From: Mobula hypostoma
Lineage: Eukaryota
NCBI RefSeq assembly: GCF_963921235.1
Contig: NC_086108.1
Location: 106,394,001-106,458,000 of the forward strand
Length of the DNA stretch: 64,000 nucleotides
Direction: 5' to 3'
In this document: piece after piece, positions 21,952 through 35,354 of the stretch
Position numbering within the stretch: position 1 is the stretch's first letter
Layout: each line of letters begins with the position of its first letter
Made by a program: the position numbers and the translations under genes
Notes under the pieces: model-generated
Told to the model about the DNA's origin: nothing
What the model saw: only the letters and a program-made list of their open reading frames with translations
Databases searched by the model: none

Positions 21952-24900
21952 TTAGCGGAAGTTAGAGAAGTCGATGTTCATGCCATCAGGTTGGAGGCTA
22001 CCCAGACGGAATATAAGGTGTTGTTCCTCCAACCTGAGTGTGGCTTCATCTTTACAGTAGAGGAGGCCGTGGATAGGCATGTCAGAATGGGAATGGGATG
22101 TGGAATTAAAATGTGTGGCCACTGGGAGATCCTGCTTTCTCTGGCGGACAGAGCGTAGATGTTCAGCAAAGCGGTCTCCCAGTCTGCGTCGGGTCTCGCC
22201 AATATATAAAAGGCCACATCGGGAGCACCGGACGCAGTATATCACCCCAGTCGACTCACAGGTGAAGTGATGCCTCACCTGGAAGGACTGTTTGGGGCCC
22301 TGAATGGTGGTAAGGGAGGAAGTGTAAGGGCATGTGTAGCACTTGTTCCGCTTACACGGATAAGTGCCAGGAGGGAGATCAGTGGGGAGGGATGGGGGGG
22401 ACGAATGGACAAGGGAGTTGTGTAGGGAGCAATCCCTGCGGAATGCAGGGGGGGGGAGGGAAAGATGTGCTTAGTGGTGGGATCCCGTTGGAGGTGGCGG
22501 AAGATACGGAGAATAGTATGTTGGACCCGGAGGCTGGTGGGGTGGTAGGTGAGGACCAGGGGAACCCTATTCCTAGTGGGGTGGTGGGAGGATGGAGTGA
22601 GAGCAGATGTACATGAAATGGGGGAGATGCGTTTAAGAGCAGAGTCGATAGTGGAGGAAGGGACACCCCTTTCTTTAAAAAATGAAGACATCTCCCTCGT
22701 CCTAGAATGAAAAGCCTCATCCTGAGAGCAGGTGCGGCGGAGACGGAGGAATTGCGAGAAGGGGATGGCGTTTTTGCAAGAGACAGGGTGAGAAGAGGAA
22801 TAGTCCAGATAGCTGTGAGAGTCAGTAGGCTTATAGTAGACATCAGTGGATAAGCTGTCTCCAGAGACAGAGACAGAAAGATCTAGAAAGGGGAGGGAGG
22901 TGTCGGAAATGGACCAGGTAAACTTGAGGGCAGGGTGAAAGTTGGAGGCAAAGTTAATAAAGTCAACGAGTTCTGCATGCGTGCAGGAAGCAGCGCCAAT
23001 GCAGTCGTCGATGTAGCGAAGGAAAAGTGGGGGACAGATACCAGAATAGGCACAGAACATAGATTGTTCCACAAACCCAACAAAAAGGCAGGTATAGCTA
23101 GGACCCATACGGGTGCCCATAGCTACACCTTTAGTTTGGAGGAAATGGGAGGAGCAAAAGGAGAAATTATTAAGAGTAAGGTCTAATTCCGCTAGACGGA
23201 ACAGAATGGTGGTAGAGGGGAACTGATTAGGTCTGGAATCCAAAAAGAAGCGTAGAGCTTTGAGACCTTCCTGATGGGGGATGGAAGTATATAAGGACTG
23301 GACATCCATGGTGAAAATAAAGCGGTGGGGGCCAGGGAACTTAAAATCATCGAAAAGTTTAAGAGCGTGAGAAGTGTCACGAACATAGGTCGGAAGGGAT
23401 TGAACAAGGGGTGATAAAACAGTGTCGAGGTATGCAGAAACAAGTTCGGTGGGGCAGGAGCAAGCTGAGACAATAGGTCGGCCAGGACAGGCAGGTTTGT
23501 GGATCTTGGGTAGGAGGTAGAAACGGGAAGTGCGGAGTGTGGGAACTATAAGGTGGGTAGCAGTGGATGGGAGATCCCCTGAGCGGATAAAGTCGGTGAT
23601 AGTGTGGGAGACAATGGCCTGGTGCTCCTTAGTGGGGTCACGATCGAGGGGTAAATAAGAGGAGGTATCCGCGAGTTGTCGCTGCGCCTCGGCAAGGTAG
23701 AGGTCAGTACGCCAGACTACAACAGCACCCCCCTTATCAGCGGGTTTAATAATAAGGTTAGAATTAGTGCGGAGGGAATGGAGAGCAGAGCGTTCCGAAG
23801 GAGTGAGGTTGGAATGGGGACAAGGTGCGGTGAAGTCGAGACGGTTGATGTCCCGTCGGCATTAGCAATAAAGAGATCCAGAGCAGGCAGAAGACCAGAG
23901 CGGGGTGTCCATGAAGAAGAGGAGGGTTGAAGACGGGAGAAGGGGTCATCGGTGGGGGTGGAAGAGTCCTTGCCGAAGAAGTAGGCTCGGAGACGGAGAC
24001 GGCGGAAGAAGAGTTCCGCATCGTGGCGAACACGGAACTCGCTGAGGTGTGGGTGAAGGGGGACAAAGGTGAGGCCCTTACTGAGGACAGAGCGCTCTGC
24101 CTCCGACAGTTGAAGGTCAGAGGGGATGGTAAAGACCTGGCACGGATGAGAGCTGGGATCAGAGGGGGAGGAGGGAGGCTGGTGGTGTCAGTGGAGAGGG
24201 GAGGGTTGGGGTGAGAGGAAGATGGAGCCTCTGAGGGCCCAGGAGCTGACGGTGGGATCTGAGGGAGACGGAGTTGCAGAGTGGTGGTGGGGGAAGGGGA
24301 GACGGGAGTCACAATAGCAGCACATAAAGACCCGGCCTGGAGTTCAAGGCTGGAGTCACAGTTGGTGGTTGTGCAATCAATTCGAAGGTGTCCATGGTCG
24401 TTGCTGGAGTCCGGGTTTTGAATATGCCCTGAGGTGTTGGAGCCGCCGAGATCAATGGCAGTGGCCGCAATCTGAAGTTCATGCCTGCTAGCGTCGGGGC
24501 CGGCAGGCTCTGCAGTCTGTAGATGTAGGATCTTGCGATCTTTGCCTAACATGACAAAGTCAAAAAAACGGCGATTGCAGGCGTGAATCCGACGGAGGAT
24601 GAAATAACGGGTAGGACCATTACAGATGGCGAAGAAAGTGTCCTGAAGGTGTGGAAGGGTCTGGGATAGGGACACCAAATACCTCCTCATGGCGGAGAGC
24701 GTCGCCTTCAGAGCTTGACGGGAGAAGCGGCGAGAGGCAGAGTCAATAAAATGTGAGTACCTGGGATCCTCAGAAGGTCCAAATTGAGAGGCTTGGAAAC
24801 GAATCCTAAAGCCAACTGGAGTAAGTTGGCGACGGAGGCACGTTCCAAGAAAGGATATATGGCTGTGATAGCGAGTTTGAGTCAAAGTGTGGTCGAAAAG

Positions 24901-24996
24901 TTGAAGAGCCGAAGAAATTACAGATGGGGAGCAGTGAGAGATGGTTTCACTGAACTCCCGTCGAAGAGAGGATCTAAACTTCTTCGGTGTAGGCAT
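21952..24996 (-). pseudogene. PLE polyprotein (~1000 aa reconstructed): N-terminal domain, RT, Cys linker, GIY-YIG; three frameshifts
   Basis: Manual translation gives HISFLGTCLRRQLTPVGF, LSEAERSVLSKGLTFVP, IKPADKGG, FYLLPKIHK, GRPIVS, MDVQSLYTSIP, QTKGVAMG, FLRYIDD, FLDL, VIYC/YIGET. Frameshifts near 24165, 23860 and 22450. Confidence 0.93.
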
Positions 24997-25261
24997 CACC
25001 GGAAGAGGCTTCGCAGTAGTGAATTTAAACGCAAACAACAGGAATTCTGCAGATGCTGGAAATTCAAGCAACATACATCAAAGTTGCTGGTGAACGCAGC
25101 AGGCCAAGCAGCATCTATAGGAAGAGGCGCAGTCGACGTTTCAGGCCGACTTAAATAGGATTGGTATTGTTATTTTTATCACATACTGAGGTTATTGTAA
25201 CACATTACAGTGCCACTGACCTCAGTTCAGTTCCTGATGTTACCTCTAAGCAGTTTGTCTA

Positions 25262-27046
25262 TTAGACCATAAGTCTTAGGCCATTCAGCCCATTGAGTCT
25301 GCTCTACCATTCCATCACAGTAGATCCTGATCCCACTCAACTCCATACACCTGCCTTATCGCCATATCCTTTGATGCCCTGACCGATCAGGAAACAATCA
25401 AATTCTGCCTTAAGTATACGCATAGACTTGGCCTCTGCCGCTGTCTATGACAGAGCATTCCACATATTTACTACTTTCTGGTCATAAAAATTCCTTGTTA
25501 CCTCAGTTCTAAAGGGTCGCCCCTCAATTTTGATGCTGTGCCCTCTAGTTCTCGATACCCTCACACAGGAAACATCCTGTCCACATTCACCCTGTCTAGT
25601 CCTTTCAACATTCAGTAGGCTTCAATGAGATCCCCACACATTCTTCTAAATTCCAGTGAGTACAGGCACAAAGCTGCCAAACGCTTCTTATATGTTAACC
25701 CCTTCATTCCCGGAATCATCCTCGTGAACTCCTCTGGATTCTCTCCAATGACAAAACATCTTTTCTGAGATGTGGGACCCAAAACTGTTGACAATACTCC
25801 AAGTGAGGTCTGACTAGTGTCTTATAAAAGCTCAGCATTATCTCACTGGCTGCCAACCAGAAAAGGCTCCTTTTATTCCCACTCACTGTCTCCTGCCTGT
25901 CAGCCATTCTGTTATCCATACCAGTATCTTTCCTATAACACCATAGGGTTTTATTTTGTTTAGCAGCCTCATGTGTGGCACCTTATCAACGACTCTCTGA
26001 AAATCCAATTAAATGACATCCACTACCTCTCATTTGTCCACCCTGCTTGCTGCTTCCTCAAAGAACTCTAACTGATTTGTCAGGCAAGATTTCCCTTAAC
26101 AGAGACCGTGCTGAGTCTGACTTATTTTATCATTAGTCTCTAAGTACCTCAAAACCTCATCCTTAATAGTATACTCTGACATTTTCCCAACCACTGAGAT
26201 AGATGAACTGGCCTATAATTTCCTCTCTTTTGCCTTCCTCCCTTCTTAAAGACTGGACTGACATTTGCAATCTTCCAGTCCTCTGGGACCATGCCAGAAT
26301 CAAGTGATTCTTGAAAGATCATGACCAATGCATCTGTTATCTCTTCAGCAACCTCTTTCAAGACTCTGGGATGTAATCTGTCTTGCCCAGGTGACTTATC
26401 CATTTTAAGACTTGAGTTTGCCTAGCAGTCTTTCCTCTGGAAAAGCAATGGCTCTCACTCCTGCTCCCTGACACTGACGGTCCTCTGGCACACTGCTAGT
26501 GTCTTCCACAATGAAGACAAATGCAAAGTATTCATTTGGTTCATCTGCCATTTCTTTGTCCCCCATTACTACCTCACCAACATCATTTCCCAGTGGTCCA
26601 ATATCAACTCTCACCTTTCTTTTACTCTTTGTATAATTGAAAAAACTTTTGATATCCTGCTTTACATTATTGGATAGTCTGCTTTCATATTTCATCTTTT
26701 CCCATCTTTTTTCTTTGCCTTTTGATGGATTTTAAAAGCTTCCTAAACATCCAACTTTCCACTCACGTTTTCTACCTTATATGCCCTTCTCTTGGCTTTT
26801 ATGCAGTCCTTAACTTCCTTTGTCAGCCACAGTTGCCTACGCCTACCATTTGAGAACTTCTTTCTCTGTGGGACATATCTATCCTGTGTCTTGTGAACTA
26901 CTTCCAGAAACTCCAGCCATCTCTGCTCTGCTGTCATCCCTGTCAGAATCCTTATCCAATCCACCTGGGCAAGCTCCTCTCATGCCTCTGTTATTCCCTT
27001 TATTCCATTGAGATACAGATACATTTGACTTATACTTCTCCCTCTC
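25262..27046 (-). mobile_element. CR1 LINE, truncated with internal deletion
   Basis: DKSPGQDRLHPRVLKEVA...VPEDWKIANV...NYRPV; LVRPHLEYC; CR1 3'UTR at ~25262-25400. Confidence 0.92.
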
Positions 27047-27114
27047 AGAACAAAGTGAAAAAGTACAGGGCAGGTAAATGGTGATGTGCAAGATCATAAT
27101 GACAAGATACTGCT

Positions 27115-27420
27115 CAAAGTCCAAAGTACGTTTATTATCAAACTACATATACGATATACAGCCTTGAGATTTGTCTCCTTACAGGCAGCCTCAAATCAAA
27201 GAAACCCAAATGTGCTCATGAAAAAAGACTGACAAATGGCCAAGTGTGCAGAGAGAAAAAAAAGAAATAAATCATGCTGACAATAAAAGTAAGCAAATAG
27301 TATTTCGAACAAACGTGAGTCCACAGAAATGAAGCCGGAAGCAGCCAGAGCAGAGCACAGCCTTCGCCTCAGGTCAGCGCAGAGCTGAGTAAGCTTCATG
27401 GAGCCCTCAGACACGGGGCT
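27115..27420 (-). mobile_element. Non-coding element with Rex1/Babar-type tail
   Basis: Reverse of GATAATAAACGTACTTTGGACTTTG tail, the same type as 852-1755. Confidence 0.55.
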
Positions 27421-28064
27421 TAAAGCACCCAGAGCAAATTTATGAATTATGATATAATTAAATAAGCTTCAGGGACCGAATCTTCTTCTCCCAAACCAAT
27501 GTTTCTATGGGTATAAAATAGGGTTTAAATGAACACATTTCAGAATCAGACATATTATCACTGGCATATGTCATGAAATTTGTTGTTTTGTGGCAGCACT
27601 ACAGTGTAATACATAAAAAAAATTGCCACTACCTCATACATCAATGAAAATTAGTTTTACTCATATCATGAAGGTAATGCCAGAGCATTTAGAGCCAAAG
27701 CATTTGTCAACTTTCGATTGTATAACCAGAACAAAAAGAAAAAGGGAGTCCATTTCAGGATACATGGTTGAATTGAAGAAGTTTTCTAAGCATTCTCTGT
27801 TCAGTGATGGTTCAATGATACACTGAGTACTCGTTCAGTTTGCAGAATCTTACAAGAAAGCATTCAAAAATGACTCCTAACTGAGCATGCCTTACATTTA
27901 AAAAAACATTTTTGAAATTGCTGTGGAAAGAGCAGAGAGAGATGAAATTGAACTGTGGTGAACAAAATTGCGGCATCTACACAGAGGCCTGCCTGGCTGA
28001 ACAAATTGTGTTACCATTCCGGCAGGAGCTCACATACACCAGACCAATGCAGGATTAAATTCTC

Positions 28065-28590
28065 TTTCAAGGGCTTCTTTGATTTCCTTCCTATGTTATT
28101 GGTACCAATATGTACCATGACATCTGCCTACTCGCTCTTTCTCTCCCCCAAAATGTTGTGGACACAATGCGAGACGTCCCAGACCCTGGCACCTGGAAAG
28201 TAACATACTATTCGGGTGTCCCGTTCATGTCCACAGAATCTCCCGTCTGTTCCACTGATTATTGAATCCTCTATCACTATTGCACCCCCTTCTTCCTCTT
28301 TCTCTTCTGCACCACGGACCCAAGCTCAGTGCCAGTAACCTGGTCTCCATGGCATTCCCCTGGGAGGTCATCCCCCACAACAGTATCCAAAACAGTTTAC
28401 TTATTATTGAGGGGAACGGCCACAGGGGTGCTCAGCACTAACTGCCTATTCACATTTCCATTTCTCCTGACAGTCACCCAGCTACCCGCCTCCTGCAGCT
28501 TCGGGGTGACTATTTCCCTGTAACTCTGATCGATTATCTCCTCACTCTCCCATACAAACCAAAGGTCATCCAGCTGCTGCTCCAGATCCC
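28065..28590 (-). mobile_element. CR1 ORF1 (esterase) fragment
   Basis: Homologous to 32680-33060 (TTGGTACCAATATGTACCA encodes VHIGTN on the minus strand). Confidence 0.85.
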
Positions 28591-29520
28591 CAACAAAAGA
28601 TTAGATCCATAATTAGAAGAATCTGGGCTCAGAGCACAATGCACCAAGTGTGGATTCTTTAAACTAAGCATCACTTACTGTGTGCTGAGAAAATTCAAGC
28701 AGTGGTGGATGCCCCAAGGCCTAAAGACATATCACCATTGTGGTCACTTTTTGTGAATTAATAAAACAGGTTGTGGTCCTTTTGTCAATTAATGAAACAG
28801 GTTCCTGCCAAACCTGGCTACTTTGCTCCATCCCTTCATTCCTGCAGATCGGGAAGAAATGGCAATGAACAAAGTAATGTGAGGTGGCTTTCTAAAAGGT
28901 AAAGGAAATGGTAGCGTCAGACACTGTACTCACACATTATGACCCACATCATCCAGGGAAGCTTGCCATACACTGTTTGGCATGCCAGCACAGCCAGAGA
29001 AAGGGTGTCCAGAGCAACGAGAACCACTTCCTGTAGTCCCAGGGTCAGCTCCCGTAACGACCATGGAGGAGACCCAGAACCTGAGATTACATAAGAAGTT
29101 GAAGTGTGGTATGACAGATATTACAGACATCCCTCGTTAAGAAGTCTTCAGCCACTCTAGATATTAATTCATGAGAGTGCTGTCTAGCACCGAACATCCT
29201 TTTTTCTCCCTCTCAGAATGAGAGAGCTGCGATAGTCATGGATTAGCTTGCGGTTATATACAGCTTGACAATCTGCCAGCTGGATTCGTGTAAGGTTTAG
29301 CTAGCCTGCACACCAAAGCACCTTAAGGATAGCAAAACTGTGTTCGAGGGAGTGACATTACCTGATAATTTTCCTCCCTTGGCAGGAAAGGGGGTATCCC
29401 ACAAAAGTAAGAAATTCTCCACAATAATTTATAGAAACATAGAAAATAGGTGCAGGAGTAGGCCGTTCGGCCCTTCGAGCCTGCACCGCCATTCAGTATG
29501 ATCATGGCTGATCATCCAAC

Positions 29521-32160
29521 TCAGAACCCTGCACCAGCCTTCCCTCCATACCCCCTGATCCCTTTAGCCACAAGGGCCATACCTAACTCCCTCTTAAATA
29601 TAGCCAATGAACTGGCCTCAACTGTTTCCTGTGGCAGAGAATTCCACAGATTCACCACTCTCTGTGTGAAGAAGTTTTTCCTAATCTCGGTCCTAAAAGG
29701 CTTCCCCTTTATCCTCAAACTGTGACCCCTCGTTCTGGACTTCCCCAACATCGGGAACAATCTTCCTGCATCTAGCCTGTCCAATCTCTTTAGGATTTTA
29801 TACGTTTCAATCAGATCCCCCCTCAATCTTCTGAATTCCAACGAGTATAAGACTAGTTCATCCAGTCTTTCATCATATGAAAGTCCTGCCATCCCAGGAA
29901 TCAATCTGGTGAACCTTCTTTGTATTTCCTCTATGGCAAAGATGTCTTTCCTCAGATTAGGGGACCAAAACTGCACACAATACTCCAGGTGTGGTCTCAC
30001 CAAGGCCTTGTACAACTGCAGTAGTACCTCCCTGCTCCTGTACTCGAATCCTCTCGCTATAAATGCCAGCATACCATTCACCTTTTTCACCGCCTGCTGC
30101 ACCTGCATGCCCACTTTCAATGACTGGTGTATAATGACACCTAGGTCTCGTTGCACCTCCCCTTATCCTAATCGGCCACCATTCAGATAATAATCTGTTT
30201 TCCTGTTTTTGCCACCAAAGTGGATAACTTCACATTTATCCACATTAAATTGCATCTGCCATGAATTTGCCCACTCACCCAACCTATCCAAGTCACTCTG
30301 CATCCTCTTAGCATCCTCCTCACAGCTAACACTGCCGCCCAGCTTCGTGTCGTCCGCAAACTTGGAGATGCTGCATTTAATTCCCTCATCTAAGTCATTA
30401 ATATATATTGTAAACAACTGGGGTCCCAGCACTGAGCCTTGCGGCACCCCACTAGTCACCGCCTGCCATTCTGAAAAGGTCCCGTTTATTCCCACTCTTT
30501 GCTTCCTGTCTGCTAACCAATTCTCCATCCACATCAATACCCTACCCCCAATACTGTGTGCTTTAAGTTTGCACACTAATCTCCTGTGTGGGACCTTGTC
30601 AAAAGCCTTTTGAAAATCCAAATATACCACATCCACTGGTTCTCTCAACCACCGATGTCAGGCTAACTGGTCTATAATTCCCCAGTTTCTCTCTCCCTCC
30701 TTTTTTAAAAAGTGAGGTTACATTAGCCACCCTCCAATCCTCAGGAACTAGTCCAGAATCTAAAGAGTTTTGAAAAATTATCACTAATGCATCCACTATT
30801 TCTTGGGCTACTTCCTTAAGCACTCTGGGATGCAGACCATCTGGCCCTGGGGATTTATCTGCCTTTAATCCCTTCAATTTACCTAACACCACTTCCCTAC
30901 TAACATGTATTTCCCTCAGTTCCTCCATCTCACTGGACCCTCTGTCCCCTACTATTTCCGGAAGATTATTTATGTCCTCCTTAGTGAAGACAGAACCAAA
31001 GTAATTATTCAATTGGTCTGCCATTTCCCTGCTCCCCATAATCAATTCACCTGTTTCTGTCTGTAGGGGACCTACATTTGTCTTAACCAATCTTTTTCTT
31101 TTCACATATCTATCAAAGCTTTTACAGTCAGTTTTTATGTTCCTTGCCAGTTTTCTCTCATAATCTTTTTTCCCCTTCCTAATTAAGCCCTTTGCCCTCC
31201 TCTGCTGAACTCTGAATTTCTCCCAGTCCTCAGTTGAGCCACTTTTTCTGGCTAATTTGTATGCTTCTTCTTTGGAATTGATACTATCCCTAATTTCCCT
31301 TGTCAGCCATGGGTGCACTACCTTCCTTGATTTATTCTTTTGCCAAACTGGGATGAACAATTGTTGTAGTTCATCCATGCGATCTTTAAATGCTTGCCAT
31401 TGCATATCCACCGTCAACCCTTTAAGTGTCATTTGCCAGTCTATCTTAGCTAATTCACGTCTCATACCTTCAAAGTTACCCTTCTTTAAGTTCAGAACCT
31501 TTGTTTCTGAATTAACTATGTCACTCTCCATCTTAGTGAAGAATTCCACCATATTATGGTCACTCTTACCCAAGGGGCCTCTCACGACAAGATTGCTAAT
31601 TAACCCTTCCTCATTGCTCAATACCCAGCCTAGAACAGCCTGCTCTCTAGTTGGTTCCTCGACATATTGGTTCAAAAAACCATCCCGCATACATTCCAAG
31701 AAATCCTCTTCCTCAGCACCCTTACCAATTTGGTTCACCCAATCTACATGTAGATTGAAGTCACCCATTGTAACTGCTGTTCCTTTATTGCACACATTTC
31801 TAATTTCCTGTTTAATACCATCCCCAACCTCACTACTACTGTTAGGTGGCCTGTACACAACTCCCACCAGCGTTTTCTGCCCCTTAGTGTTATGCAGCTC
31901 TACCCATATCGATTCCACATCTTCCTGGCTTATGTCCTTCCTTTCTATTGCGTTAATCTCATCTTTAACCAGCAACGCCACCCCACCTCCCCTTCCTTCA
32001 TGTCTATCCCTCCTGAATATTGAATATCCCTGAATGTTGAGCTCCCATCCTTGGTCATCCTGGACCCATGTCTCTGTGATCCCAATTATCTCATAATCAT
32101 TAATAACAATCTGCACTTTTGTTACGAATGCTTTGTATTGACACACAAAGCCTTCAAGCG
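29521..32160 (-). pseudogene. CR1 ORF2: APE endonuclease plus reverse transcriptase, ~150-bp internal deletion near 30645
   Basis: IIGITETW, GGGVALLV, VVYRPP, MGDFN, SDHN; PGPDG, YRPVSLTS joined directly to EPVDVVYLDFQKAFD; GVPQGS, FADD. Confidence 0.95.
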
Positions 32161-32387
32161 CTCTTTTACAACTCTCTTAGCCCTTATACAATTATGTTGA
32201 AAAGTGGCCCTTTTTGATGCTTGCCCTGGATTTGTCGGCCTGCCACTTTTACTTTTCACCTTACTACTTTTTGTTTCTACCCTCACTTTACACCTCTCTG
32301 TCTCTCTGCACTGGTTCCCATCCCCCTGTTGTGAACTAACCTCCTCTCGCCTAGCCTCTATAATTTGATTCCCACCCCCCAACCATT

Positions 32388-33036
32388 CTAGTTTAAAGTC
32401 ACCTCAGTAGCCGTCGCTAATCTCCCTGCCAGGATATTGGTCCCCCTAGGATTCAAGTGTAACCCGTCCTTTTTGTACAGGTCACGCCTGCGCCAAAAGA
32501 GGTTCCAATGATCCAAAAACTTGAATCCCTGCCTCCTGCTCCAATCCTTCAGCCACGCATTTATCCTCCACCTCATTGCATTCCTACTCTCACTGTCACG
32601 TGGCACAGGCAGTAATCCTGAGATTACTACCTTTGCAGTCCTTTTTCTCAACTCCCTTCCTAGCTCCCTATATTCTCCTTTCAGGACCTCTTCCCTTTTC
32701 CTACCTATGTCATTGGTACCTATATGTACCACGACCTCTGGCTCCTCACCCTCCCACTTCAGGATATCTTGGACACGATCAGAAATATCCTGGACCCTGG
32801 CACCAGGGAGGCAAGCTACCATCCGGGTCTCTGGACTGCGTCCACAGAAATCACCTATCTGACCCCCTTACTATCGAGTCCCATATTACAACTGCCCTCC
32901 TCTTCCTTTCCCTACCCTTCTGAGCTACAGGGCCGGACTCTGTGCTGGAGGCACGGCCACTGTCGCTTCCCCCAGGTAAGCTGTCCCCCCCAACAGTACT
33001 CAAACAGGAGTACCTATTGTCAAGGGGCACAGCCAC
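32388..33036 (-). pseudogene. CR1 ORF1 SGNH/GDSL-esterase domain, frameshifted
   Basis: VVIWDSIVRG (GDS block mutated), CLPGARV, VHIGTND, DGLHLN. Confidence 0.9.
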
Positions 33037-33071
33037 CGGGGTACTCTCTATTACCTGACTCTTCCCCTTTG

Positions 33072-33826
33072 TTGGCAGAACATAGTATTAATGGTAAGAC
33101 TCTTGGCAGTGTGGAGGATCAGAGGGACCTTAGGGTCCAAGTCCATAAGACGCTCAAAGCTGCTGTGCAGGTTGACTCTGTGGTTAAGAAAGCATACGGT
33201 GCATTGATCTTCATCAATCGTGGGATTGAGTTCAAGAGCTGAGAGGTAATGTTGCAGCTATATAGGGCCCTGGTCAGACCCCACTTGGAGTACTGTGCTC
33301 AGTTCTGGTCACCTCACTACAGGAAGGACGTGGAAACTCTACAAAGGGTGCAGAGGAGATTTACAAGGATGTTGTCTGGATTTGGGAGCATGGCTTATGA
33401 GAATAGGTTGAGTGAATTTGGCCTTTTCTCCTTGGAGCAATGGAGGATGAGAGGTGACCTGACAGAGGTGTATAAGATGATGAGACACATTGATCGTGTG
33501 GATAGTCAGAGGCTTTTTCCCAGGGCTGAGATGCCTAACATAAGAGGACACAGTTTTAAGGTGCTTGGAAGTAGGGACAGAGAGTAAATTTTTTACGCAG
33601 ACAGTGGTGAGTGCGTGGAATGGGCTGCCGGCGACATTGGTGGAGGTGGATACGATAGAGTCTTTTAAGAGACTCCTGCATAGGTACATGGAGCTTTGAA
33701 AAATAGAGGGCTATGGGTAACCCTAGGTAATTTCTAAAGTAAGTATATGTTCGGCATAGCATTGTGGGCTAACAGGCCTGTATTGTGCTGTAGGTTTTCT
33801 ATGTTTCTATGTTTCCATGCTTCTAT
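33072..33826 (+). mobile_element. CR1 3' fragment of a second subfamily
   Basis: MLQLYRALVRPHLEYCAQFWSPHYRKDV; tail TTTCTATGTTTCTATG. Confidence 0.93.
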
Positions 33827-33917
33827 AGTTCAATAATAGAACATTAAAATTTAAAGCAGGGTGGAGTGTTGTGTATTTAATATTTCAGTAACATTTGAAT
33901 AATATTGCAAATATATT

Positions 33918-34220
33918 ACATAAGGACATGAGAAATAAGAGCAGAGTAGGCCACTTGGCCCATCGAACCTGCTCCACCATTCAATAAGATCATGGCTGAT
34001 CTGTCATGGACTTATCTCCACCTACCTCCCTTTTCCCCACAACCCTAAATTCCCCTAGTATGCAAAAATTTATCCAAACTTGTCTTAAATATATTTACGG
34101 AGGTAGTCTCCACTACTTCACTGGGCAGAGAATTCCACAGATTCAACACTCTCTGGGAAAAGCAGTTCCTCCTCATCTCCATCCTAAATCTACTCCCCTG
34201 AATCTTGAGATTATGTCCCC
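33918..34220 (-). mobile_element. CR1 3' end inserted in the Gypsy LTR
   Basis: CR1 3'UTR; flanked by TATATT at 33912-33917 and 34221-34226. Confidence 0.85.
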
Positions 34221-34769
34221 TATATTGTTTGTGTAAGCATTATTTATTTGTTTAAATAATTTATTATAGGTTATATGTAAAAATTTGTGAATTGCATACG
34301 TCATGACACTACTACGTGATACATGCTGTCTTGCTTAAAGTAATAAACAAAGTTAGACTCACATTTCTGGCTTTGTGTTTTTCTTTCAATTAGTTTTTAT
34401 GTTTTGGATTTACAAATCAATAGAAGAGGACCTGCCAAGGATATTGAAAGTCCTTAATAATGGATACCGACTTCTTGACAGCTCTCTTTTGAAGATGTCC
34501 TCAGTGGTGACGATTGTCTAACACTCAGGGGCAGCATTAGTAATGCAGAGTCTTACATCCCTCAAGCCCTGTTTTATTGTTCCAACAGCTGAGGTTTTTA
34601 CTCAAAGAAGAGCAGGAATCTCTATTACTGCAGGCTGGCATCTTTCTCAAGCACAATCACTATAAATCAGATGAAGCAACACTTTCCACACAAAGCCTTG
34701 CTGTGTGCAAAGTGCTTGATTAATTCTGTCTGAATGACCATTGCTATAATGTCAGCCAAGTACTTAAAA

Positions 34770-35312
34770 CCATAAGACCGTAAGAAATAGGAGCAGATGT
34801 AGGCCATTCAGCCCATCGAATCTGCTCTGCCATTCAATCATGGGCTGATCCAATTCTTCCAGTCATCCCCACTCCCATCCCTTTCCCCCATTACCTTTGA
34901 TTCCCTGGCTAATCCAGAACCTATCTATCTCTGCCTTAAATGCCCCCAATGACTTGGCCTCCACAGTCGCTCATGGCAACAAATTCCATAGATTTACCAC
35001 CCTCTGACTAAATAACTTCTCTGCATCTCTGCTTAAAAGGACTTCCTTCAATCCTGAAGTCATGCCCTCTTGTCCTAGAATCTCCTACCATGGGAAATAA
35101 CTTTGCCATATCTAATCTGTTCAGGATTTTTAACATTCGGAATGTTTCTATGAGATCCCCCCTCATTTTCCTGAACAGCCCAAGAACTGCCAGACGTTCC
35201 TCATACAGTAACCCTTTCATTCCTGGAATCATTCTCATGAATCTTCTCTGAACTTTCTCCAATGTCAGTATATCCTTTGTAAAATAAGGAGCCCAAAACT
35301 GCACACAATACT
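34770..35312 (-). mobile_element. CR1 3' fragment
   Basis: QFWAPYFTKDILTLEKVQRRF...SRTRGH. Confidence 0.9.
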
Positions 35313-35354
35313 CTTACTTTTAAGATGTTATTTTAGTAGTAGTACTTCTACTGA

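Larger units (their letters stand above)
21524..25149 (-). mobile_element. Near full-length Penelope-like retroelement (Neptune type)
   Basis: Identical 117-bp direct terminal repeats (21524-21640 and 25033-25149); TSD GACTTAAATAGG(A) at 21512 and 25148; RT plus GIY-YIG ORF. Confidence 0.97.
29431..33070 (-). mobile_element. CR1 LINE with ORF1 3' half, ORF2 and 3'UTR
   Basis: (TTTCTATG)-type tail at 29431; ORF2 and ORF1 as listed separately. Confidence 0.97.
27640..34420 (+). mobile_element. Decayed Gypsy LTR retrotransposon hosting nested CR1 insertions
   Basis: gag-like EHLEPK, ESISGYMVELKK, zinc-knuckle remnant CYHSGRSSHTPDQC; pol-like AEKIQAVVDAPRPKD and RFLPNLATLLHP; purine tract AAAGCAGGGTGGAG followed by TGTTG at 33867 (3' LTR start). 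Confidence 0.8.

Noticed and set aside
31257..32033. 258-aa plus-strand ORF
   Set aside because: Antisense shadow of CR1 ORF2.
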